From an uncultured Gammaproteobacteria bacterium (GTDB taxonomy: Bacteria; Patescibacteriota; Microgenomatia; UBA8517), in NCBI GenBank assembly GCA_964494885.1, contig CAZBTH010000006.1:1-55933 (forward strand): 55,933 nucleotides of DNA. Reading direction: 5' to 3'. A program made the translations under genes and the position numbers. Within the stretch, counting starts at the first letter, position 1, and every line of letters begins with the position of its first letter. Shown here piece after piece: positions 1 to 8,561 of the stretch. The notes under the pieces were generated by a model. That model was not told where the DNA came from, did not search any database, and saw only the letters and a list, made by a program, of their open reading frames with translations.

Positions 1-55
1 GATCTTAAAAACCTTTATCCATAATTAGCATACTAAAAAGGGAAAGTCAGGAAAG
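1..55. repeat. 55-bp sequence, exact inverted copy of 55879..55933 (probable end of a repeated/mobile element at a contig break)
   Basis: gatcttaaaa...gtcaggaaag is the exact reverse complement of the last 55 nt; identity stops at base 56. Confidence 0.9.
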
Positions 56-57
56 TT

Positions 58-204
58 TATATATTGGTTTATTTTGAGGTGACAACTGATGTAAAAAGCG
101 CTTTGGAACGGGAAAAACAGCTGAAAAAGTGGAACAGGCAATGGAAGATTGATCTAATCGAAAAAATGAATAATGATTGGAAGGATTTATATTCTAAATT
201 GTAA
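58..204 (+). pseudogene. C-terminal half of a GIY-YIG (YhbQ-like) nuclease, truncated by the terminal repeat
   Basis: Frame 1 reads ILVYFEVTTDVKSALEREKQLKKWNRQWKIDLIEKMNNDWKDL*; upstream the frame runs into stop codons inside the 55-bp repeat. Confidence 0.8.
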
Positions 205-250
205 TCTTGTCACCGTCGCGAAACGCTGCCTTTCCCAACCGATGTTCTCT

Positions 251-314
251 CTGTCATCCCCGACTGGATCGGGGATCCATATCGTATAGATTCCCGCGTA
301 CGCGGGAATGACAG
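251..314. repeat. REP-like double-hairpin element (GTCATYCCCG...GGGAATGAC family), copy 1
   Basis: ctgtcatccccgactggatcggggatcca...tagattcccgcgtacgcgggaatgacag; nested inverted repeats. Confidence 0.8.
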
Positions 315-350
315 GTAACCACACGCTTCGTAAATATGCCATTAAAATGT

Positions 351-405
351 GTCATTCCCTCGAAAGAGGGAATCTATATAAATAGTTTCCCGATCAAATC
401 GGTAA
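351..405. repeat. REP-like element, degenerate copy 2
   Basis: gtcattccctcgaaagagggaatcta...tttcccgatcaaatcgg. Confidence 0.6.
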
Positions 406-497
406 AGATCTTTCTATCCAATAAAAAACCTGGACTCGATTCGTGTTTGGGGAATCTGCTCCAGGTTTTTGCGCGGTGTGTAATCTGTTTTTAAAGT

Positions 498-737
498 CTA
501 GACTTTTTTGGCGACGACACCATTCAACAAGTGGGCAATTGCCTCGGCGTCCAAGCCTTCAAAAAGGTGTGGAACGTTGTGCAAACCTTCTGGTTGCGCC
601 GGATATGATTCTATCCACTTATTTGCTTCCAACAGTCGTCCGTCAGGGTCAGGAAGGATGATTCTTCCCAGTTCAAACGCTTTCGCCTCGACAGTATACA
701 TTTGACCTTCGAACTCGAACGTGATTTCAGGATCCAT
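498..737 (-). CDS. hypothetical protein (79 aa)
   Basis: ORF with strong SD (aaaggag) upstream of the ATG. Confidence 0.7.
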   Translation of the reverse strand: MDPEITFEFEGQMYTVEAKAFELGRIILPDPDGRLLEANKWIESYPAQPEGLHNVPHLFEGLDAEAIAHLLNGVVAKKV

Positions 738-933
738 GATATACTTCTCCTTTCAGGATTGATTTCAAAAGGTGCTAACTCTAGGCCAGAGTCTACCACC
801 ACCACATATAAAAGTCAAACATTACAGGGTACTTTCGTTTGAAGAACCAAATTGGAAAGATTGTACTATTGTAACGTTACGGTGGTACATAATTAGGAAT
901 TGACACGATTTAGTAATAGATTATCATTAATTG

Positions 934-1158
934 ATGACAGGTATTAAAGAAGAAAAACTGGGTGAATATTTTGCTGAGGCATTTAGAGAGGTTGTTTTGC
1001 CGGCGCTTGAAGATATGGAAGAAAGGTTGGCCTCGAAAAAGGACATTTTTAGGTTAGAAGAAAAGTTGGAAAAAGTAACCGAAAGACAAGACAGGCAGGG
1101 TAAATCGCAGGAGGATCTTCAGAAAAAAGTCGGGATTTTAGAATCAGCTATTGCCTGA
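934..1158 (+). CDS. small coiled-coil hypothetical protein
   Basis: TTGACA...TATCAT promoter just upstream of ATG; LASKKDIFRLEEKL coiled-coil pattern. Confidence 0.7.
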   Translation: MTGIKEEKLGEYFAEAFREVVLPALEDMEERLASKKDIFRLEEKLEKVTERQDRQGKSQEDLQKKVGILESAIA

Positions 1159-1794
1159 GTCTTCAATAATACCAACGCTTAAGTCTGTTCCATCGTAGTT
1201 AAAAACGAAAGTAATCGGGTTTTCTTTATTGTTGACTATATAAAGATTTTGGCGGGAACTGTTGGCAAAAGCTCCGGGCATGAAACGGATTGAAACCCCG
1301 TACTCCTTGGGAACATCATTAATTTTGGCAAAATCGTGGCTGGCGAGTGAGAGAGATTCAAGTCCAGCATCCTTGGCTACCCAATATATAAATGAGGCTA
1401 AATGGCAGACGCCGTCCCCAACCAAGTACCCGTCAGATTTAAAACCGTCATCTGAGTTAAAATGAGCATTGGTAGTTTTGACCACGCTTTTGGAATATTC
1501 AGGCAGGATTTGATCATGAAAGGCAAAACCCTCTCCGGGTTTAAGTGTAAACTGGGTTTGGAACGGTTTTCCGACTTCTGGCCAGGAAATATCCTCTTTG
1601 TTCTTTACGTCACCGTCCATATACCTGAGGGTTAAAAGAATGTTGTCCTTAAAGACCTCGTTTACTGAGGCTACATTGTACCTATTTTCCATGGAATAGC
1701 TACGGGATGCCAGTTCCATGCTGGAGGCTCCAGACACACGGGGGGTGTGCGGGTTAGAAACTAAGGCCATTATTAGCAATAAGTCGGTAAACAT
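1144..1794 (-). CDS. VanW-family protein
   Basis: GDGVCHLASFIY motif resembles VanW GGGVCQ; N-terminal hydrophobic segment. Confidence 0.7.
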   Translation of the reverse strand: MFTDLLLIMALVSNPHTPRVSGASSMELASRSYSMENRYNVASVNEVFKDNILLTLRYMDGDVKNKEDISWPEVGKPFQTQFTLKPGEGFAFHDQILPEYSKSVVKTTNAHFNSDDGFKSDGYLVGDGVCHLASFIYWVAKDAGLESLSLASHDFAKINDVPKEYGVSIRFMPGAFANSSRQNLYIVNNKENPITFVFNYDGTDLSVGIIEDSGNS

Positions 1795-1909
1795 ACGTAA
1801 AAAAACCCGAAGCAAGTTCAGGTGAGTGTGAATTTTATCATACTATGGGCCAGAAGTCAACTTTGGTGGGTGTGCTTTACATCAGTCAAAGAATGCTTTA
1901 ATCTGAAAT

Positions 1910-2566
1910 ATGACTAGAAAAAAGTTAACTAAAAAAAACAACTGGTTTAATTTCGCACTTTTTTTCCTAGCTTCGGTAGTCGGAATTTTCGTTCTTCAAA
2001 AGTCAGTTATTGATACAACTTGTGCGAATACTGGTAATTGTAAGGAAAGCCTTAGTCTTAAAGTCGAAAACGGGGCAGTGGCTACGTTTAATGGTCAAAA
2101 AATAGTACCTCCTCAAATCGATCTTGCAAAGAAGAAGGTTCCAACAAAAGTATTAGGTGAGGCGGCTCTTAGCGGAGAAAAACATATTTATGTGGACTTA
2201 TCTACACAAACCCTTTCGGCTTACCAGGGGGATACGTTGTTTATGCAAACCCTTATTTCCTCCGGGAAATCGTTTCCGACGCCAACAGGTGAATTTACAA
2301 TTTGGGAAATGTTGCGCGCCACACGCATGTCTGGTGGTTCGGGTGCGAATGCCTACAACCTCCCCAATGTTCCTTATGTGATGTTTTATTCCGGGAGTGG
2401 AATTGCCGCGGGGCGGGGTTTTAGTCTTCATGGAACTTATTGGCATAATAATTTTGGCCATCCCATGAGCCACGGCTGTGTAAACATGAGAACAATAGAT
2501 GCTGAAAAGATTTTTTATTGGGCCGAGATCGGAACTAAAATAACAGTATATGGACAAGCACCATAA
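1910..2566 (+). CDS. L,D-transpeptidase (YkuD family)
   Basis: HGTYWHNNFGHPMSHGCVN catalytic motif, TPTGEF motif, N-terminal TM anchor. Confidence 0.92.
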   Translation: MTRKKLTKKNNWFNFALFFLASVVGIFVLQKSVIDTTCANTGNCKESLSLKVENGAVATFNGQKIVPPQIDLAKKKVPTKVLGEAALSGEKHIYVDLSTQTLSAYQGDTLFMQTLISSGKSFPTPTGEFTIWEMLRATRMSGGSGANAYNLPNVPYVMFYSGSGIAAGRGFSLHGTYWHNNFGHPMSHGCVNMRTIDAEKIFYWAEIGTKITVYGQAP

Positions 2567-3155
2567 TTTTTTTATAGTTGCCTTTATTTTTGCCGCGTTT
2601 GGCGTATTTTTGGTTGTGCAATCGGGCAAAACTCAGAAGCCGGATGTTCCGACGTATGTCCAGTCGATTTTGCCGACCCCAACCCCCACACTTTCTGAGA
2701 TTGTCGACGTTTTATCTCCCGACGGTAAAAAAGTTTTAACTATGAAGGAGGAAAAAGGGAAAGAAACGGTGACTCACACGTTTTTAATTTCAAATCAAAC
2801 TGACAAAGTTCAAAAAATGATATTTACAAAATCTATACCTTCAGACATAGCACTTTCAATTCCTTATAATACATTTTCTCCGGACGGTAAGTTTATTTTC
2901 TTAAAAGAAATGGGTTCCAGGCAACCTTCGTATTTTGTTTTGTCCACTCAAGAATCACAAACCCAGTCAGTCTACAATATTTCGGATCTGTTCTATAGGG
3001 AATATCAGGATTACAAAATTACCGATGTTACAGGATGGGGCGGAATAGGGCTTGTGGTTGTAAATACGGACATGGCAGCTGGAGGAATCGGCCCGTCTTT
3101 TTGGTTTGACGTATCAAACGCTTCTTTCATAAAGCTTTCAACTAGGTTTAACTAA
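2550..3155 (+). CDS. membrane-anchored hypothetical protein
   Basis: N-terminal TM, PTPTP linker, two SPDGK motifs. Confidence 0.75.
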   Translation: MDKHHNFFIVAFIFAAFGVFLVVQSGKTQKPDVPTYVQSILPTPTPTLSEIVDVLSPDGKKVLTMKEEKGKETVTHTFLISNQTDKVQKMIFTKSIPSDIALSIPYNTFSPDGKFIFLKEMGSRQPSYFVLSTQESQTQSVYNISDLFYREYQDYKITDVTGWGGIGLVVVNTDMAAGGIGPSFWFDVSNASFIKLSTRFN

Positions 3156-4030
3156 AGAATAGTTGCTCCCTGATATTGCCAACTAAAACGTACTCTGCCG
3201 TTTGGATAAAAAATTATCTGACGGATTTTCTCGGGATCAACATCTAACGTTAGGGTGTTAGTGAGGCATATATTTTGATTTGAAACATCGTAAATTGCGG
3301 CACTGTGACCAGATAATAAAAGTCTCTTCCCATTTTCTTCCAAATGGTTTCGGATTTTACCAAATTGAGAATCAGTTAAAAGATGAGATTCTGTCCAAAG
3401 TCCTATTTCCGGGTTTTCACTTTCATTTGGTTTCGCAATCTTCCTAAGTGTTAATTGTTCAACGGCCAAGCCTTTGGAAAACTCGATCATTTTGCCCGTT
3501 TTTTCGGCATTATCTATACCCCCATTAAACATTGTGACCGAGAAGCGAACAGAAAAGCCTATTTGGTGGAGTTTATCAACCAATCTGGGAAGCTCGATAT
3601 AATTATTGGAATGAGGGGTATAAATTTTTCGGTTTTCCTCAGGTTCGTAATGGACGACAGAAAGTGCTACAAACGCTAAACCTTTATCGTACCATTTACG
3701 AAGTTCGGGATCGTACAGCCCACTCTTCCTGTCCAGATTTATTCCGTTGGTCTGTAAATCTATTAATGGAAAATTATATTTTTCCAAATGAGAAAGATAT
3801 TCCGTTACTTGATCCGGGAAAAGAGTTGGTTCACCCTTTCCTGTGATTACAACACTTCCTACCCGATAATCTTTTGCAATCTGCGCGGCTTTCTCGAAAT
3901 TGCGCCAATTAATAGGTTGAGGTTTAGTTCCTATTTCGGCAATTCCAGTCATCTTTGAAACACAAAAAGGACATTCCGCGTTACATGACCCGGTTCCTGC
4001 GATAATGCTAAAATTTTCAGCGGTAGGCAT
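3152..4030 (-). CDS. radical SAM protein
   Basis: CxxxCxxC (CNAECPFC), TGKGEPTL and TNG motifs. Confidence 0.9.
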   Translation of the reverse strand: MPTAENFSIIAGTGSCNAECPFCVSKMTGIAEIGTKPQPINWRNFEKAAQIAKDYRVGSVVITGKGEPTLFPDQVTEYLSHLEKYNFPLIDLQTNGINLDRKSGLYDPELRKWYDKGLAFVALSVVHYEPEENRKIYTPHSNNYIELPRLVDKLHQIGFSVRFSVTMFNGGIDNAEKTGKMIEFSKGLAVEQLTLRKIAKPNESENPEIGLWTESHLLTDSQFGKIRNHLEENGKRLLLSGHSAAIYDVSNQNICLTNTLTLDVDPEKIRQIIFYPNGRVRFSWQYQGATIL

Positions 4031-4031
4031 T

Positions 4032-4972
4032 TTAAACGTGCCCCCTTTCTTTTTTTAGGAAATACGGAGTTAAACAAAAACGGAAATTATGTTTTCGGGA
4101 ATAACTTTCGAAACCCGGTGGAATTGTGCCTTTTTTGCGTTTCCAAGAAGAACTGCCTGGCTTGGGTCTACCTGAATTCCAAGCTCTTCTTCCATTTTTC
4201 GTATGGCATCGTCCTGAAAAGCGCGATATTTGTCGACGAGTTGGGTTTCGCCGATATTGTTCAAAACATCTTTTGCGATTCTTAGAGAAAGGATATTTTT
4301 AAACCACTTATTTACTTCCAGTGTCTTCATTTCAAATCGGGTAAAGGTAAATCCGATTCGGTAATAGTAAAGTCCGAAGGGTTTACTTAGGGAAGTGATG
4401 ACTACCAATATATTTTCGTGCTCCAAATCAAAATGATAGGGATTTGTGAGGCCTACATAAGTTGCGTCGTAAACAATTTTATGTCCGGCATTACATGCCG
4501 CAATAATTCCCTCGTTTTGAATGATATTTCCATCCCGAGCGGATGGGTTTGAGATAAATATTATTCCAGGTTCAGTCCTTAGAAAATCAGAAGGCTCTCT
4601 GATGGTCTGAAAATTTAAACCTAAATTTGCGCCATAACCTGCATAACCTTCATATTCTCCCTCAAGTACATATAGCGGTTTTTTAGTTTGCTCTGCAGCA
4701 ATCCTTGAAAGGATGTGGAAAATTCCTTCGCTGGCTCCCCCTGTAACATATTGAAACGGAAACTTTTTTAGGTCTGGCAACTGATGCTCAAAATGTCTCA
4801 AATAACTTTCTATTACAGGACGGTGGTAATCATCGAGTCCGGGTTTGACTGACTTAAGAAAGGTTTCGTGAGGGTAGTCGGCTACGATTTTATCAATCAC
4901 TTCCCTTACTTCCGGAAAATAGTACGCATAAACAGCTTTCAACGGCATTGTTTTTTCGGATTCTTGCGACAT
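4032..4972 (-). CDS. PLP-dependent aminotransferase class I/II-like enzyme; frameshifted near the 3' end (ORF track 4070..4972)
   Basis: GGASEGI, SNPS, YDATY and SLSKPFGL..RIG motifs. Adding one A in the A6 run (4131..4136) restores ...RFCLTPYFLKKERGHV*, which ends 1 nt before the radical SAM ATG. Confidence 0.8.
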
Positions 4973-6541
4973 TTAATCGGTTCTATAATGGCATCCTGCG
5001 CTTTGAGTGTTTTCCCAGGCAGCATTTGCTATCAGGCTTCCGACGAGTACCAAGTTTCTAAGTCCGATTAACGACTCGTTTATTTTTTTCTCTCGATAAA
5101 AGTTTTCTATGCGATGAGTGAGGTAGGAAAGATCTGCAATTGCCCTACTCAAACGTTCTTTGTTTCTTACAAGGCCAACGCAATTCCACATTATTTGCTT
5201 GATCAAATTTGTATCTTGATTTATTAATGCAGGGTCGGGATCTTCTTTACCTTGATCAACCCAACGGGGGATTTGGGTTGGATTCGGAACTTGTGTATTT
5301 TTTGTTTGATTTATATCGTGGGCAGCGATATATCCCCAAGTAAGTCCTTCAAGAAGGGAAGTTGACGCAAGACGGTTTGCTCCATGTAGACCCGTACAAG
5401 CAACTTCACCCACCGCATATAATTTTTTTATGGTAGTTGCTCCATTCTCGTCTACCCAAAGCCCCCCGCAATGATAATGCGCGGCAGGGACCACAGGAAC
5501 CAAGTCGCGGGTTAAATCGATGCCGTATTTTAAACATTCTTTATAGATGTTAGGGAAATGGGTCAGTATCCTTTCCTTTGAAATATAACTTTTTAGGTCC
5601 AGATAGACATTTGTTTTTCCTCCTTCCAACATTTCTGTATAAATTGCGCGGGACACAATGTCACGCGGAGCAAGGTCTTTCCACTCTTTATTGTATTTAT
5701 CCATGAAAGGAACGCCATTTAAATTTGTTAGGCGTGCCCCGTCACCCCTTATTGCCTCGGTAAGCAGAAAACGCGGTGCATCTTTGTGGTAAAAAGCGGT
5801 TGGGTGGAACTGAACATACTCCATATTAATTATGCGTGCGCCGGCCCTCTGGGCCATAGCAATTCCGTCCCCACGAGCTCCATCAGGATTTGTGGAATAT
5901 AAGTAAACATTTCCAAGTCCGCCGGTTGCTAAAATTACATTTTTCGCGAGAATCCTTACAACTCTTTTGTCTTTGGGGTTAAAGAAATAAGCTCCGAGAC
6001 AAGACACGGGATTATAAATTGCCAGTTTATTTGAGGAGTTATGAGACGAGGTGATTAGGTCAATAGCGGAAAGATTTGCAATGAGTTTAATTCTTTTGTC
6101 GTTTCTAATTTTTTCGATTAAAGCATTTTCTATCGATTTACCTGTAGCGTCGGCCTGATGAATTATACGGGCAATACCATGTCCTCCTTCTTTGGCCAAA
6201 GACAACTGCTCGTTTTCCTTGTCGAAGATGACCCCTACTGTATCAATTAGAAATTTTTTGACTAAAGATGGCCCAACTTTAGTTAAAATATTTACCGCTT
6301 TTGGGTTTGACAGATTAACACCTGCGTTGAAAATGTCATTTGCCAAGAGGGACGGGGAGTCACCTTTACCTTTATAAATAATTCCCCCTTGGGCGTAATA
6401 AGTATTTGACTCCTCCGGTTTTTTATTCTTGGTAATAAGAATTACCTTATGTCCCAAGTGTGAAAGTTCCAAAGCGCAAGTAGCGCCGGCAATTCCGCTT
6501 CCAATAATTAATGTATCTATAGTAATTAATTCTTTTTGCAT
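4973..6541 (-). CDS. nadB: L-aspartate oxidase
   Basis: GSGIAG FAD motif, AQGGI, QFHPT, LAPRDIVSR, HYHCGG, HGANRLASTSLLEG. Confidence 0.95.
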   Translation of the reverse strand: MQKELITIDTLIIGSGIAGATCALELSHLGHKVILITKNKKPEESNTYYAQGGIIYKGKGDSPSLLANDIFNAGVNLSNPKAVNILTKVGPSLVKKFLIDTVGVIFDKENEQLSLAKEGGHGIARIIHQADATGKSIENALIEKIRNDKRIKLIANLSAIDLITSSHNSSNKLAIYNPVSCLGAYFFNPKDKRVVRILAKNVILATGGLGNVYLYSTNPDGARGDGIAMAQRAGARIINMEYVQFHPTAFYHKDAPRFLLTEAIRGDGARLTNLNGVPFMDKYNKEWKDLAPRDIVSRAIYTEMLEGGKTNVYLDLKSYISKERILTHFPNIYKECLKYGIDLTRDLVPVVPAAHYHCGGLWVDENGATTIKKLYAVGEVACTGLHGANRLASTSLLEGLTWGYIAAHDINQTKNTQVPNPTQIPRWVDQGKEDPDPALINQDTNLIKQIMWNCVGLVRNKERLSRAIADLSYLTHRIENFYREKKINESLIGLRNLVLVGSLIANAAWENTQSAGCHYRTD

Positions 6542-7629
6542 TAACTTATGGCCATCATTCTTCTAACCGAAAGTTCTGCGGGACGCCTAATTTCTTCCGG
6601 AATGTTCACTTCATATTGATCAAATTTAAGTGCATCGAGAGTTTGTTCCAACGTGATGGTATGCATAAACTTGCAGCGAATGTTGCACATCCGGATTAGG
6701 TTATCGTTAAGCTCCGGGTGGGTGGCAACAATGTTGTCTGCCATGGAACACTCTGTAAGTAGGGCAATTTTTTTATCTGCTCCATTTTCGGTAACCCATT
6801 TTGTCATCGCCGAGGTACTACCCGAAAAGTCCGACTTTGCAATTACGTTGGGTGGACATTCGGGGTGGGCCAGTACAACAGCTCCCGGGTAATCTTTTCT
6901 TATGTCATCGACAAGTTGGGGAGTGTATTGTTCGTGAACATAGCAGCGGGCACCCCATCCGATTATTGTCGGTTTTTGGGTAACTTCTGCTTCACTTTTG
7001 ACAGAATCTTTTGTCGGGAAATATAAATCCATTTTTAGATCATTCGCAACATTGCCGGCCATATATTTGTCCGGAAGAAATATAACTGATGGCACGTTAA
7101 AATACTTTTTGGCCCAGGCAATTACCTGGTTAACATTTCCTGAAGTACAGCAAACATCGGTCAAAGCCTTAACATCAGCAGTAGTATTGATATAACTTAC
7201 AATTGGGAGATTGGGATATTTTTCGCGGAGCCAAACGAGATTTGCTGGTCTAATTCCCTCTGCCAAGGAACAGCCGGCTTCGAGCGAGGGAATAAGGACT
7301 TTTTTGCTGGGATTCAAGATTTTCGCGGTTTCTGCCATAAAGTGTACACCGCAAAAAACAATTGTATCTGCATTGGTTTCCGCCGCCCGTTTGGAAAGTT
7401 CCAGCGAATCCCCTTTAAAGTCTGGGACGGTGTGAAACAGAACCGGCTCCATGTAGTTATGTCCCAAAATTACGGCATTTTTCTGTTTTTTTAGCGCCAT
7501 AATTTGGCTGACGAGATCTGCTTTATACTCAAGTTCAAAATCCGGAACAACGCTCTCAGGAATTGATTTTCTGAGTTCAACTTTTAATCTTTCGTAAACT
7601 TCGGCCGATGACTCTTGTCTTTCTATCAT
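6541..7629 (-). CDS. nadA: quinolinate synthase
   Basis: HNY, GDSLELS, CGVHFMAET, AGCSLA, CYVH, AHPEC, CKFM (three cluster Cys). Confidence 0.95.
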   Translation of the reverse strand: MIERQESSAEVYERLKVELRKSIPESVVPDFELEYKADLVSQIMALKKQKNAVILGHNYMEPVLFHTVPDFKGDSLELSKRAAETNADTIVFCGVHFMAETAKILNPSKKVLIPSLEAGCSLAEGIRPANLVWLREKYPNLPIVSYINTTADVKALTDVCCTSGNVNQVIAWAKKYFNVPSVIFLPDKYMAGNVANDLKMDLYFPTKDSVKSEAEVTQKPTIIGWGARCYVHEQYTPQLVDDIRKDYPGAVVLAHPECPPNVIAKSDFSGSTSAMTKWVTENGADKKIALLTECSMADNIVATHPELNDNLIRMCNIRCKFMHTITLEQTLDALKFDQYEVNIPEEIRRPAELSVRRMMAIS

Positions 7630-8465
7630 GTTTTTATTTCTAAACTAATATCCATTACTTTTACAGAATGTGTCAGGGCTCCTACTGAAATGTGAGTTAC
7701 ACCAGTTTCTGCAATATTTTTTACTGTCTGAAGATTGACGTTTCCGGAGGCCTCAAGTGAAACGCGACCGTTGGTAATACTAACGGCCTCGCGCATTGTT
7801 TCAAGACTCATGTTGTCCAGTAAAATTCTGTTGACAGGGAATTTTAATGCTTCAGTAAGCTCTTCAATATTTTTTACTTCCACCTCGACGGGGAGGTTTA
7901 AGGAGTTCGCTGTCAAAATTTTTTCCAATGTTGCGCCTACTGTTCCCACCGCCGCAATGTGATTATCTTTTATCAGGATCGCGTCGCTTAAGCTATAACG
8001 GTGATTTTGTCCGCCGCCAGCAGATACGGCAATCCTGTCCAGAGGTCTTAGCCCGGGCGCTGTTTTTCTGGTATCCAGAATTATCGTTGAAAAAGGCTCA
8101 ACTGCCTTTACGAATTGATGTGTTAAGGTTGCAATCCCGCTCATTCGTTGAAGAAAATTCAAGGCAACTCTTTCGGCTATCAACATGCTTCTGGTTTTAC
8201 CAAAAACAGTTGCGGGAATATCTCCTTTTTTTACTTCTGTTCCGTCGGGGATAAGAAGTTTAAATTCAATATTTGGGTCAAAAGTTTCAAAAGTAATCCT
8301 CGCTATATTTAGCCCCGCAACAATACCCTCGCTTTTTACAAGAAATTCTGCGGTGGACTCGGCCCAGTCGGGGATACAGAGATCGGTGGTCACATCTCCG
8401 TTAATACCAATGTCTTCGGCAAGCGCTCCTTTTACAATTTGTCTGATTCTTTCGTTTTCTACCAT
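7626..8465 (-). CDS. nadC: nicotinate-nucleotide pyrophosphorylase (quinolinate phosphoribosyltransferase)
   Basis: ERVALNFLQRMSGIAT, DTRKTAPGLR, HR, IKDNH, EVE, LLDNM, EASG motifs. Confidence 0.95.
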   Translation of the reverse strand: MVENERIRQIVKGALAEDIGINGDVTTDLCIPDWAESTAEFLVKSEGIVAGLNIARITFETFDPNIEFKLLIPDGTEVKKGDIPATVFGKTRSMLIAERVALNFLQRMSGIATLTHQFVKAVEPFSTIILDTRKTAPGLRPLDRIAVSAGGGQNHRYSLSDAILIKDNHIAAVGTVGATLEKILTANSLNLPVEVEVKNIEELTEALKFPVNRILLDNMSLETMREAVSITNGRVSLEASGNVNLQTVKNIAETGVTHISVGALTHSVKVMDISLEIKT

Positions 8466-8491
8466 TTGTGTATGAATTACACTTTCTAATG

Positions 8492-8522
8492 GAAGTGTAT
8501 TCCTTACACTAACTATTGTCAA
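8492..8522 (-). promoter_or_regulatory. sigma70 promoter of the nad operon overlapped by a putative NrtR operator (8492..8512)
   Basis: Minus strand reads TTGACA-17 bp-TACACT; the operator TTAGTGT-AAGGAAT-ACACTTC has the GT-N7-AC core. Confidence 0.75.
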
Positions 8523-8561
8523 GTGTCATTTTGAATTGAAATAACGATATAATTAAAATTA

